Assembly: GCA_031082205.1 (NCBI GenBank)
Contig: JAVHLJ010000004.1
Span: 8,942-72,941 of the forward strand
From: Elusimicrobiales bacterium
GTDB lineage: Bacteria; Elusimicrobiota; Elusimicrobia; Elusimicrobiales; UBA9959
Length of the DNA: 64,000 nt
Direction: 5' to 3'
The notes under the pieces were generated by a model. The model did no database searches, had not been told where the DNA came from, and saw only the letters and a list, made by a program, of their open reading frames with translations. Numbering within the stretch: the first letter of the stretch is position 1; every line of letters starts with the position of its first letter. A program made the translations under genes and the position numbers. Below are positions 37,145-46,276 of this stretch, in pieces.

Positions 37145-38398
37145 ATGGCGGAAACTTTACTCCACTACCCGGCCCTGCTGCTGGCCAACCTGCTGCAGGC
37201 CTTCCTGTTCTTCACGGGCATCTATTATCTTTTTCTCAGCTTCCGGGGCCTGGGGCCTCGCCCGGCCAGGCCGGCCGATCCGGGCCGCCGCGCGGTCTTC
37301 GCGGTGATGCTGCCGGCCTACAACGAGGAGAAGGTCATCGCCTACTCCCTGGAGAGCCTGGTGAAGATGGATTACCCGCCGGGGCTCTTCGACGTCTGGC
37401 TGGTCGCCGACCACTGCACCGACGCCACCGCCGCGCTGGGAGAAGAGGCCGGCGTGAAGGTGCTGCGCTACGGCCACGGCGACGGTCCCGCCGGCAAGGC
37501 TCACGCCCTGGCCTGGGCCACGGGAAAGGTGATGGCCGCCCGCCGCTACGACGCCTTCTGCTATTTCGACGCCGACTCGCTGGCCCATCCCGGTTTCCTG
37601 AACGCGATGAACGCCCGCCTGGCCGCGGGCGACAAGGCGGTGCAGGGGCGGCAGCTCTCCAAGAACAAGCGCGAGGGGATACTGCCCCGCATACTGGCGG
37701 CCGGCCACTGCATAACCAACCGCTTCTTCCAGCGGCCGAAGCTGGCGCTGGGGCTGTCGGCCACGCTGCACGGCAAGGGCATCTGCCTGGACGCCGCCAC
37801 GGCGGCGGCCTTCCCCTGGGACGGGCACAGCCTTACCGAGGACCTGGAGATGCAGATGAGGCTGGCCCGTCACGGCGTGCGCATAGGCTGGTCCCACGAG
37901 GCGGTGGTCTACGACGAGGAGCCGGTGACGCTGTCCCAGTACGTCCGGCGCTGCGTCCGCTGGACCCGCGGCGCGCTGGATACGGCCCGCAAGCATCTCT
38001 GGGGGCTCTGGAAGCGGGCCGTTCTAAAAAGGGACCCGCGGGCCTTCGAGGCCTGGCTCTATTGCGCCCAGGCCTACAAGTTCGCGATAGTTTTGCTAAC
38101 CGCCGCCCTTATTTATTACACTAGGGACGGCTTCAACCTCATAGTGTGGTTCTACGGGGTTCTGCCCGGCGCCGAGGCCGCGATGAAGGCCCTGGCGCTG
38201 GTCCCGTTGCTGGTCTACCCTTCGGCCGCCATACTGCTGGAGGGGGAAGGGTGGGACATCTTCGCGGCCTATTTCCTGCAGCCGGTGCTTACCGCGCTGC
38301 GGCTGCCCATATTCGCCGCCGGCCTTCTGAGGGGCCGGGACTGGTGGGGCAGGACCGAACACGCCAGCCAAGTGGCCATTTCGGAGCTGGCGGAATAA
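37145..38398 (+). CDS. Processive-type GT2 glycosyltransferase (PgaC/cellulose synthase-like)
   Basis: LPAYNEE, ADHCTD, GKA, FDADS, TEDL, QYVRRCVRW (QxxRW-like); TM helices at both ends. Confidence 0.9.
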   Translation: MAETLLHYPALLLANLLQAFLFFTGIYYLFLSFRGLGPRPARPADPGRRAVFAVMLPAYNEEKVIAYSLESLVKMDYPPGLFDVWLVADHCTDATAALGEEAGVKVLRYGHGDGPAGKAHALAWATGKVMAARRYDAFCYFDADSLAHPGFLNAMNARLAAGDKAVQGRQLSKNKREGILPRILAAGHCITNRFFQRPKLALGLSATLHGKGICLDAATAAAFPWDGHSLTEDLEMQMRLARHGVRIGWSHEAVVYDEEPVTLSQYVRRCVRWTRGALDTARKHLWGLWKRAVLKRDPRAFEAWLYCAQAYKFAIVLLTAALIYYTRDGFNLIVWFYGVLPGAEAAMKALALVPLLVYPSAAILLEGEGWDIFAAYFLQPVLTALRLPIFAAGLLRGRDWWGRTEHASQVAISELAE

Positions 38399-38438
38399 AA
38401 GACCGGGGCGCGGCGCGCCCCGCGGACGGAGGGAGAAA

Positions 38439-39041
38439 ATGAAGAAGATCCTGTTGCCGGCGGCGTTTATCGCCGCGGCCGTTATAACCGCGGTTTTCGC
38501 CGCCGACCTGAACATTCCCGAGGAGCCCGGTGCTTTCAATATCCCAAGGCCCGAGGCCCGCAGCGTCATCTCCGACCTTGGGGTGCGCCTGCGCCTGAGC
38601 GCCAAGCAGGAAGAACGCATCTCGTCCGCCATACAGAAGCAGACCCGCGACTTTGACAGGATATTCAAGGAGTACGAGCAGGCCGCGGCCGAAGAGAAGA
38701 AATGGCGCTACAAGATGAACGAGCACCGCTATAAACTTTCGCTGATAAGCAGGGGCATCCCGGACCTGGTGCGGGAATACCTGGACTCGGAACAGCGCGA
38801 GGCGTTCGACACGCTGCTGGACGAAAGGCGCAAGCCTATAGCCGAGGTTAAGAAGGACGAGGCCCCGGCCGCCGGGAAAGCCGCCGAGATGAAGCCGGCG
38901 CCTAAGAAGAAGGTCCTGGTGCGCAAGAAGAAGGTCCCGGCCAAGGCCAGGCCCGCTCCGGCCGCGCCCGCGGCTCCGGAACCGGCCGAAGAGCCGGCCA
39001 TGCCGGACGAGGAGTACGAGGACCTGGGGTCCTATCCCTGA
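38439..39041 (+). CDS. Exported hypothetical protein with a helical core and Lys/Pro/Ala-rich tail
   Basis: GGAGG RBS, signal peptide, typical codon usage. Confidence 0.7.
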   Translation: MKKILLPAAFIAAAVITAVFAADLNIPEEPGAFNIPRPEARSVISDLGVRLRLSAKQEERISSAIQKQTRDFDRIFKEYEQAAAEEKKWRYKMNEHRYKLSLISRGIPDLVREYLDSEQREAFDTLLDERRKPIAEVKKDEAPAAGKAAEMKPAPKKKVLVRKKKVPAKARPAPAAPAAPEPAEEPAMPDEEYEDLGSYP

Positions 39042-39141
39042 CGGCCTTTTTGCCCGGATTTGAACCGGATTTGCGTTTTCTTTGCGGTTCGGGGGGTAAA
39101 CTATCGCGAGCCCCGGCCCCCGGCCGCGGAGCGGTGATCGG

Positions 39142-41643
39142 ATGAGAACTGCCTTTAAAAAAACTCGCTCTTCAGGCGGGGGATTCACGCTGCTGGAACT
39201 CCTGCTGGCCTCGGCCATCATGTCGATAGGCATACTCGGCATGGTCGCCTCTTTCCGCTATTTCAATGTCGGCATACAGAGCGCCAAGGGCCGGTCGCTG
39301 GCCAATAACCTGGCGCAGGAGAGGGTCGAATACCTTAAGAACCGCTCCTATTACCGGGTGCTGGTCACCACCGCCACGGCCAGCGACGATAATTTTTCCC
39401 CCGCGCTCACGTACGACCAGGCTCCCAACGGGGAGGAGGACCTGACCGTCGGCGGCATAAACTTCAAGCGCCGCGTTCATATCCGGAAGGTGAGCGAAAA
39501 TCCCGCCACGGGGCAGCTGGAGCACAAGAGCTGGAACGACCCGGATACCGGCCTCAAAGAAATATCGGTCTTCGTGACCTGGTTCGAGGGCGGGACCTGG
39601 AAGAAGACGGAACTGCGCAACCTGCTTGAGAACCCGGACCGCGTAAATCTCAGCGCCTCGTTCGCCGGCAATATCAAGGACGCGGCCTCGAGCGTCAATA
39701 TTTCCAGCGCGGTGGTGCGCGCCCAGGAGAACCCGTCGCGTTACGACTATACCGACGACGACGGGAATTATTATTTCGACATAGAGCCCGGCACCTATAC
39801 GCTGATGGCCTCCAGGGAAGGCTATTTTCTCAAGACCCGCCCGACCGAGGTCATCGCGGAGGGGGATTCTCTCGCCGCCCGCGACTTCCTGCTGACGCGC
39901 ATGTCCAGCGGGACCATAACCGGTACCGTCTACAAGCGAGACCACATGGTGGTCTACATGGTGGTGGGTTCCACGGTGATGGTCAACGGGGACGATATAG
40001 AGTTCGTCTCCCTCTACAATCCCACCACGGCCGCCATGGACGTGGCGGCGGCCGCGGGCAACAATATAAAACTCGCCTATCACGGCGAGAGCGGCCTCGG
40101 CCGCGACGTGAACGAGTTCGCGCTGAACTATATCTCGACCTATGTCCCGGCCGGCCACTATTTCCTGATAGCCAGCTCGGGCTCCTTCACCTACAAGGGG
40201 CACGCCGTCACGGCCGACGCCGTTTACGCCCCTTCCAACTCGCCGCCCTGCTCCTCCGTCGGCTCTCTCATGAACTGTATCCGTACGGGCGAGGCCGGTT
40301 CGGTGAGGATACGGGACTCTTCCGGCGGCGTCATAGACACCCTCGGCTGGAATAATTCCTCGACCGGCAAACTGCCCCAGTATTACGAGGGGACCTACAA
40401 GACCGCGGCCAACGGCATAGAGGTGAACGGCCAGTTCTTCCGCTATACCGCCCCCGGGTCCGGCAGCGAGGGAGCGGGCAGCTGCTACGATACCGACGTC
40501 AACAGCTCCAATTTCTTCTATTTCTCCTCCGCCATTTTCCGGACCATGTCCACCGCTTCCGGCTACAAGGCCCCGGTAACCGGAACACCGGCCGCCGGGG
40601 CCGTCGTTTTCGCCGAGGACGGGCTCTCCTCCGCGGTAACGGCCAATTCGGCCGGCTATTTCAATCTCAAGAGCGTGGCCACCGGCTACTGGACGGTGTA
40701 CGCCAGCAGCGGGCCGCTTATGATCAGTACCGGCCCGGTGGGCGGCGCTTCAGCCAGCTTCTCCCACTCCGTCGGGAATCTGGTGCTTTCCTCGGACACG
40801 CTGTACGGCTATGTGACCGGCCGGGTCACCGACGTTAACGGCGTTCCGATGCCGAACGTCAGGATGTACGCCGGCGGCGCCCTCGGCTACACCGGCGCCG
40901 ACGGGCGCTATACGATAACCGCCCCCGAGGGCTCGGCGAACGTGGTGGCCAATTACCAGACCCACGACCCGGCCTATATCGAGTATTCCTCCATGGGCGT
41001 CGTCATAGCGGCCGGCGGCGTCGCCGATCCCCCCGTGGATTTCACCCTGATGCAGGGCGGCCGGCTGACCGGCTGGGTGACCACCAACGGCGTGGACCCG
41101 CTGCCCAACGTGCCGGTCATCGCGCTGAAGAACGGGGTGGAACAGGGCAATACCGTGACCGGCTCCGACGGTTATTTTACGGTCTGGGGCGCCGGGATCT
41201 CCACCGGCACCTACGAGGTGATACCCAAGCTGGAAGCCGGGGAGGCGTCCTCGCCCTCCACCCACACCATTACGCTTTCGGCCGGCGAGACCCTTTTCGT
41301 CGGCACCTTCACCGTCACCGGCGCAATGGGCTACATCGAGGGCTCGGTCGCCGCCGGGGCGGCGCCCATAACCACCGGCGTGCTGATATACGCCACCACC
41401 GGCACCATCACATCCACGCCGCCGACGCTGGACAGCTCGCTGCGGTCCGGCGTCGTGGCCTATTACGCGGTCTCCTCCGACGCCGCGGGCAGTTACCGGC
41501 TCGCCGTGCGCGGCGGCTATTCCTACAATGTCTACGCCTGGTATACGGCGTGGAGCGGGGAAACCCCGTCCACATCCAGGCTCGATCATTCCGGCGTGGC
41601 CGTTACGCCCGGGGGAACGGTGACGAGGGATTTCTCATGGTGA
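39142..41643 (+). CDS. PilV-like prepilin fused to carboxypeptidase-regulatory-like Ig domains and a lamin-tail-like domain
   Basis: GG|FTLLELL class III signal; repeated G.ITG.V.D..G.P motifs; EFVSLYNPT. Confidence 0.8.
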   Translation: MRTAFKKTRSSGGGFTLLELLLASAIMSIGILGMVASFRYFNVGIQSAKGRSLANNLAQERVEYLKNRSYYRVLVTTATASDDNFSPALTYDQAPNGEEDLTVGGINFKRRVHIRKVSENPATGQLEHKSWNDPDTGLKEISVFVTWFEGGTWKKTELRNLLENPDRVNLSASFAGNIKDAASSVNISSAVVRAQENPSRYDYTDDDGNYYFDIEPGTYTLMASREGYFLKTRPTEVIAEGDSLAARDFLLTRMSSGTITGTVYKRDHMVVYMVVGSTVMVNGDDIEFVSLYNPTTAAMDVAAAAGNNIKLAYHGESGLGRDVNEFALNYISTYVPAGHYFLIASSGSFTYKGHAVTADAVYAPSNSPPCSSVGSLMNCIRTGEAGSVRIRDSSGGVIDTLGWNNSSTGKLPQYYEGTYKTAANGIEVNGQFFRYTAPGSGSEGAGSCYDTDVNSSNFFYFSSAIFRTMSTASGYKAPVTGTPAAGAVVFAEDGLSSAVTANSAGYFNLKSVATGYWTVYASSGPLMISTGPVGGASASFSHSVGNLVLSSDTLYGYVTGRVTDVNGVPMPNVRMYAGGALGYTGADGRYTITAPEGSANVVANYQTHDPAYIEYSSMGVVIAAGGVADPPVDFTLMQGGRLTGWVTTNGVDPLPNVPVIALKNGVEQGNTVTGSDGYFTVWGAGISTGTYEVIPKLEAGEASSPSTHTITLSAGETLFVGTFTVTGAMGYIEGSVAAGAAPITTGVLIYATTGTITSTPPTLDSSLRSGVVAYYAVSSDAAGSYRLAVRGGYSYNVYAWYTAWSGETPSTSRLDHSGVAVTPGGTVTRDFSW

Positions 41644-42146
41644 AGAAAAGGCCGGGCTACACGCTGATGGAGCTGATGCTGGTGGTGGCCATCCTGGGCG
41701 TGCTGACGCTGGGGGCGCCGCAGCTCTTCACCCGCGTCTACCAGTTCGTCCGCCTTACCATGGCCCGGGCCGAGATACAGAAGAACGCGCGCGAGGCCCT
41801 CTCCAACGTCAACCGCGAGCTGCGCCAGGCCGTCGCCACTTCTGTCGTCATAGACCAGGTCAGCGGCCAGCCGCCGCATTCCAGGATAACCTTCGACTAC
41901 TACAAGTCCGACGGCACGGTGGAGCAGATGTCCTACTACCAGAGAGGCAGGCAGCTTTTCCAGGCCAGGCAGGGCGCCGCGGAGGGAAGGCTGGTAGCCG
42001 ACAGCCTGCGCTACCTGGCCTTCAGCTACCCCCGCACCGACGACGACACGATAATATCGCTTTCGGTCACTTTCGAGAAAGACACTTACGAGGGCGGGAC
42101 CAAGGCCCTCCAGATGGCGGTGGAAAAAGTGAGGATAATGAATTGA
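41637..42146 (+). CDS. PilW/GspJ-like minor pilin
   Basis: PG|YTLMELMLVVAILG class III signal with E5. Confidence 0.85.
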   Translation: MVKKRPGYTLMELMLVVAILGVLTLGAPQLFTRVYQFVRLTMARAEIQKNAREALSNVNRELRQAVATSVVIDQVSGQPPHSRITFDYYKSDGTVEQMSYYQRGRQLFQARQGAAEGRLVADSLRYLAFSYPRTDDDTIISLSVTFEKDTYEGGTKALQMAVEKVRIMN

Positions 42147-43582
42147 GGCCATACTTGACTACGATGCGAGGGAAGATCGCCGGGCTGGCCCGGCGCGCCG
42201 GCAGGGGGCAGATGGCCATAGTGATGGTGCTGGTCATCCTTCTTTTCCTGCTGATAATGATCCCGGTCATAGAGATGTTCGTGCGCAACGAGGCGGTCTG
42301 GACCGTCAAGGAAAAGAAGAACACCACGGCCTTCCACCTGGCCGAGGCCGGCGTGGACAGGGCGTACTGGAAGCTCATCGAGAAGCAGGATAATTTCAAG
42401 GACATAACCGAAGGAGCGGTCATCCCCGGCTACGCCGACGACGTGGAGTACGCCGACATAGAGGGCGGCGTGTACAAGATCAACATGACCGTCGGCGACA
42501 CGAACACCAAGGTCCAGGTCATAGCCACCGGCAAGGACGTCTCCTCCAAGGAGTTCCGGGCCATAAAGGCCGTCTTCTCCAAGGCGGCGATAGACGCCGC
42601 GCTGCAGGCGCCGTCCATCTCCGGCGCCGGCAACGCCAATATACACTGGGGCCCCGTCATGTCCATGAGCGGCATGAACCTGGCCGGCGGCGCCAACGAG
42701 CTTTACCCGCGCAAGTACGCCCGCGGCGCCATAACCGCCTCCGGCGGCTACCCGGACAGGGACACCGACCCCAACGCCCCGAACAAGGGCCCTTATACGA
42801 ACAATGTGAAGACCGAGTGGTGGTCCTATAACGAGCCGCCGGGCGTGCCGGACATACTTACACCGGACACTTCCCACTACGCTTCGCTGGCCCAGGCGCA
42901 GGGCTACTATTACCCGAACGCCAGCTACACCATGAACAATGTCGTGGATACGGTTTGCACGGTAGGGGCCAATCCCAAGGTGCGTTTCTTCCAGGGCAAC
43001 GTCACTTTCGGCGGCAGCAAGTATTTCTGCGGCATACTGATAGTGATGGGCAATCTCACCTTCAGTTCCGGCGGCAGGCGGCCGGAAGGCGAAGTTACCG
43101 TCACTCCTCCGGCCAACGCCTGGCAGGAATACCAGCTGAACGTTCCCGTCCATTCGGGCGCGTCCTCGGGCGGGGCGATGGATTCCTGGACCTACGAGGC
43201 CGCCGGCGTGCATCCCGGCGCCTGCGGCGGCGGGCCGCACGGCGACACGGCCGCCGTGGACGAGTACCCCGGAGACGCGGGCTATCACACGGTCAGCGAC
43301 TACAACTTCTATACCTGCAGGGTCGCCTCCGGCCATTGCGGACTCGGCAATAACGCTACCGCCGGCCGCCGCGAGCTTTCTTTCAAGGGTTACATATACG
43401 CGGCCAACGGCTTCACCGGCAGCGGCTCTACCAGGATATTCGGGGCCGTGCACGTGGCTCAGGGCGCGGCCTTCAGCGGCGGCGGCATGGATATCTTCTA
43501 CGACGACAATCTGAACGTCCGCTTCCTCAACGACAATATCCGGCGCGTCAGCTGGCATGAAGTGCGGCCGACCGAGTTCTGA
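42143..43582 (+). CDS. PilX/GspK-like minor pilin with a large C-terminal domain
   Basis: TTG start in a TTGA overlap; GRG|QMAIVMVLVILLFLL (no E5); AFHLAEAGV. Confidence 0.75.
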   Translation: MRPYLTTMRGKIAGLARRAGRGQMAIVMVLVILLFLLIMIPVIEMFVRNEAVWTVKEKKNTTAFHLAEAGVDRAYWKLIEKQDNFKDITEGAVIPGYADDVEYADIEGGVYKINMTVGDTNTKVQVIATGKDVSSKEFRAIKAVFSKAAIDAALQAPSISGAGNANIHWGPVMSMSGMNLAGGANELYPRKYARGAITASGGYPDRDTDPNAPNKGPYTNNVKTEWWSYNEPPGVPDILTPDTSHYASLAQAQGYYYPNASYTMNNVVDTVCTVGANPKVRFFQGNVTFGGSKYFCGILIVMGNLTFSSGGRRPEGEVTVTPPANAWQEYQLNVPVHSGASSGGAMDSWTYEAAGVHPGACGGGPHGDTAAVDEYPGDAGYHTVSDYNFYTCRVASGHCGLGNNATAGRRELSFKGYIYAANGFTGSGSTRIFGAVHVAQGAAFSGGGMDIFYDDNLNVRFLNDNIRRVSWHEVRPTEF

Positions 43583-44366
43583 GCCGGCCCCCTCCGGCCT
43601 GGGCCTTTCCCTGGCCGGCCGGCGTTTCGGCTTCGCCTTCGATACCGCCTCTTTCGCCGCGGCCATGTCCCGGCGTTACGCCGCTTTCCTGGCCCCGCCC
43701 CCGGCCGGCACGGTGGAGGTGCGGGCCGGGGGTCCCGTCCGGCCGCCCTTCCTTCCGCGCGTTTCGGGCTGGCCTCTCATATCGGGCCGGCGCGGCGACT
43801 TCGGGTTCTCCTTCGACGCCGTTTCCGGTTCAGGCCGCGCCGTGGTCTCGCCTCGGGCCCAGAGCTTCGATTCTTTCCTGCGGACTCTCTGCTCGGCCCT
43901 GCTCAACGGGAGCGGCGGCGCGCTGGTACACGCCTGCGGGCTTGCCGTGAGCGGACGGGCCCATGTGTTCATCGGCCGCAGCGGGGCCGGCAAGTCCACC
44001 CTCGCGCGGCTGGCCGCCGCGGCGGGAGCGGAAGTGATAAGCGACGAGATCGTTCCGCTGCGCCTTGAGCGCGGGCGGTTCTACGTTCACGGCTCGCCTT
44101 TCTGGGGCGAGCTGCGCTCGGCCGGCCGGCCGCTGCGGCTGCCGCTGGGAGGGATATACGCGTTGCGTAAATCCCGGATAAATTCCCTTCGCGCGGGGCC
44201 CGTCGCCGGCTTTATCCCGCTTTTCATGCGCTGCTCCCTGAATTTCTCCAAAGAGCCTGCCGCCTCCTCCGGCCTGCTGGACGCCGCCGCCCGGGCCGCG
44301 CGGCTCTATAAGGGAGCCTTCTCCTTCTCCAAAAAGAACGCCTCGTTCCTGCGGCTGCTGAAATGA
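43557..44366 (+). CDS. HPr-kinase-like P-loop protein (ScmC-like, RiPP cassette)
   Basis: VHACG, GRSGAGKST Walker A, ISDE, HGSPFWGE; start uncertain (alternative ATG 43665). Confidence 0.75.
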   Translation: MKCGRPSSEPAPSGLGLSLAGRRFGFAFDTASFAAAMSRRYAAFLAPPPAGTVEVRAGGPVRPPFLPRVSGWPLISGRRGDFGFSFDAVSGSGRAVVSPRAQSFDSFLRTLCSALLNGSGGALVHACGLAVSGRAHVFIGRSGAGKSTLARLAAAAGAEVISDEIVPLRLERGRFYVHGSPFWGELRSAGRPLRLPLGGIYALRKSRINSLRAGPVAGFIPLFMRCSLNFSKEPAASSGLLDAAARAARLYKGAFSFSKKNASFLRLLK

Positions 44367-44641
44367 TTTATAATCAAAGCATGGGGTGGAAGCCTAAAAA
44401 GGGCCTGGCGCACAGGGAAATAGACGGGGCGGTCTACATCGTGGACGCGGCCGGCTCGCGCCTGCACCGTCTAAACGAGACCGGCTCTTTCATCTGGAAG
44501 TCTCTGGCCGCCGGCCGCCCGCGCGCAGGGATAGCCGCAGCCCTGGCCGACGAGTTCGAAGTTGACGGGCCCGCCGCCGAAGCCGACGCGGAAAGTTTCA
44601 TCCGGGAACTGGAAAAAGCCGGATTGCTGGAAGAACGATGA
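44363..44641 (+). CDS. PqqD-family RiPP recognition element (RRE)
   Basis: REIDGAVYIVD, LNETGSFIW, LADEFEVD, FIRELEKAGLL; alternative start ATG 44381. Confidence 0.9.
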   Translation: MIYNQSMGWKPKKGLAHREIDGAVYIVDAAGSRLHRLNETGSFIWKSLAAGRPRAGIAAALADEFEVDGPAAEADAESFIRELEKAGLLEER

Positions 44642-44775
44642 AGAAAAAACGCAAGTATTCAAAGCCGGCGATGAAGACGGAGAGGGTGTTCGAGACCGCC
44701 GCGCTCGCCTGCGGCAAATGCCAGAGCGGTCCTACCGGCCAGGCGGCCTGCAAGACGCTCAGGCGCTGGTCCTGA
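44638..44775 (+). CDS. 45-aa RiPP precursor peptide MKKKRKYSKPAMKTERVFETAALACGKCQSGPTGQAACKTLRRWS (absent from the ORF track)
   Basis: ATGA overlap with the RRE gene; stops 1 nt before the peptidase ATG; YxxP-type leader motif; three Cys in the core. Confidence 0.85.
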   Translation: MKKKRKYSKPAMKTERVFETAALACGKCQSGPTGQAACKTLRRWS

Positions 44776-44776
44776 A

Positions 44777-45121
44777 ATGCCCGTCGGCCGGGAACCGAAA
44801 GCGTTCCGCCTGGAAGGGAGCAGCATGCGGCCCCTGTTCCGGGATGGCGATACCGCGCTGGTGCGGCGGGGGCGGCTGCGGCGCGGCGACTGCGCGGTAT
44901 ACCTGGCCGGCGGCCGGACGCTGCTGCACCGGGTAGCCGGTTTCGCCGGTGAGCGGGTAGTCCTGCGCGACGACGGCTGGGAGACTCCGCCGCACGCGGT
45001 CCACCCAAGGAACATCGTCGGACGCGTCGTATCCGGCAATCCCCTAAAGAGCGGGCTGCCCGGTTACGCCTGGTTCCTCGCCCGCGGCCTGTTGAAATGG
45101 TTCAGAAAGAATCCCTGTTAG
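44777..45121 (+). CDS. S24/S26-family peptidase (RiPP cassette)
   Basis: GSSMRPLFRDGD (Ser nucleophile), LLHRV, RDDG. Confidence 0.8.
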   Translation: MPVGREPKAFRLEGSSMRPLFRDGDTALVRRGRLRRGDCAVYLAGGRTLLHRVAGFAGERVVLRDDGWETPPHAVHPRNIVGRVVSGNPLKSGLPGYAWFLARGLLKWFRKNPC

Positions 45122-46137
45122 CCGGGCTTAACCGCGCTTCCCTTGAAAAGAACATCCCCCTGACGGCGGTCGTCGAGCTGACGCGCCGCTGTCCCCTCTC
45201 CTGCGTCCATTGCTGCCTGCCGGAGACCCGCGGCCGCGCCGAGCCCGGCCGCGAATTGACCGCCCGGCAATGGCTGAAAATTTTCAAAGAGCTGGCCGGG
45301 CTGGGCTCCATGAACCTGGTGCTGACCGGCGGGGAGCCGCTGCTGCGGCCCGATCTTCCCGCAATAGCGGCCGGCGCGGCGGACCTGGGTTTCGGCGTGA
45401 CCGTGTTCACCACCGGCCTCCCCGCGGCGCCGGCCCCGCTGCGCGCGCTGAAAAAAGCCGACGTCTCTTCCTTCGAGCTCAGCCTCTACGGCCGCCCGGC
45501 GGCGCATGACGGGATAACGGGGCTGAAAGGATCGCAGCGGCGCACGCTGGCCGCCGCCCGGCTTATGCGGCGGCTGGGTTTCAAAGTGAAACTGAAATGC
45601 CCGCTGATGTCGGTGAACGCGGGCGAGGCTTCATATATCATGAGAACGGCGAAGAAATCGGGCTTTGAATTCTCCTTCGATATCTCCATGGCCCCCGGGA
45701 ACGACGGCGAGCGGACCCCGCTGTCCCTGAAACTGCCGGATAAGCGACTGAAGCGATTGCTGGGCCTTCCGACCCTGCGGCCGGAGCCGAATACGGAAGG
45801 CGGGGCGGGGGACCTGATCTGCGGCGCCGGGCGCAATACCGTCGCTTTCGCCCCGGACGGAACGGTCTATCCCTGTCTTCAATTGCCGCTGCCCCTCGGC
45901 AATGCCGTGAAGACCCCTCTGTGCCGTATCTGGAAAGGTTCCGGACGGCTCCGCTGGTGGCGTTCCCGGCGCCGGCGGAATATAGAAAAATGCCGTTCCT
46001 GCCGCCTCTGGGATATCTGTTCGCGCTGCCCGGGGTTGGCCCTGCTGGAGGACGGCGACATGATGGGCCCTTCCGCGCAGGCCTGCCGTTCGGCGGCCAT
46101 AGCCGGCCGTATCTTCAAAAAACGGCTGGGGAGGTAG
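45097..46137 (+). CDS. Radical SAM/SPASM peptide maturase
   Basis: CPLSCVHC, LTGGEPL; SPASM CGAG...PDG.VYPC...CRSCRLWDICSRCPG...C. Confidence 0.9.
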   Translation: MVQKESLLAGLNRASLEKNIPLTAVVELTRRCPLSCVHCCLPETRGRAEPGRELTARQWLKIFKELAGLGSMNLVLTGGEPLLRPDLPAIAAGAADLGFGVTVFTTGLPAAPAPLRALKKADVSSFELSLYGRPAAHDGITGLKGSQRRTLAAARLMRRLGFKVKLKCPLMSVNAGEASYIMRTAKKSGFEFSFDISMAPGNDGERTPLSLKLPDKRLKRLLGLPTLRPEPNTEGGAGDLICGAGRNTVAFAPDGTVYPCLQLPLPLGNAVKTPLCRIWKGSGRLRWWRSRRRRNIEKCRSCRLWDICSRCPGLALLEDGDMMGPSAQACRSAAIAGRIFKKRLGR

Positions 46138-46150
46138 CCCTTTCCGGCAC

Positions 46151-46183
46151 TTGACATCGCCGGGCGGGGTGCTATACTATAAT
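46151..46183 (+). promoter_or_regulatory. sigma70 promoter upstream of the Rrf2/adhesin operon
   Basis: TTGACA-N16-TATACT with a TGn extension; an overlapping TATAAT at 46178. Confidence 0.7.
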
Positions 46184-46189
46184 GAATCA

Positions 46190-46276
46190 ATGGACGGCGC
46201 CCGCCGCGGGCGCTCTTTTTTGGGTTTTTCATCGGACACCGCCTATCCAATGGACTTCTTATGCCCGTCAAAATGA
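46190..46276 (+). CDS. Possible 28-aa leader peptide MDGARRGRSFLGFSSDTAYPMDFLCPSK
   Basis: ATG 6 nt after TATAAT; spans the hairpin; its TGA overlaps Rrf2 ATG 46273. Confidence 0.3.
   Translation: MDGARRGRSFLGFSSDTAYPMDFLCPSK
46197..46221 (+). terminator. Terminator-like hairpin in the 5' leader of the Rrf2 operon
   Basis: GCGCCCG-CCG-CGGGCGC followed by TCTTTTTT. Confidence 0.6.
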
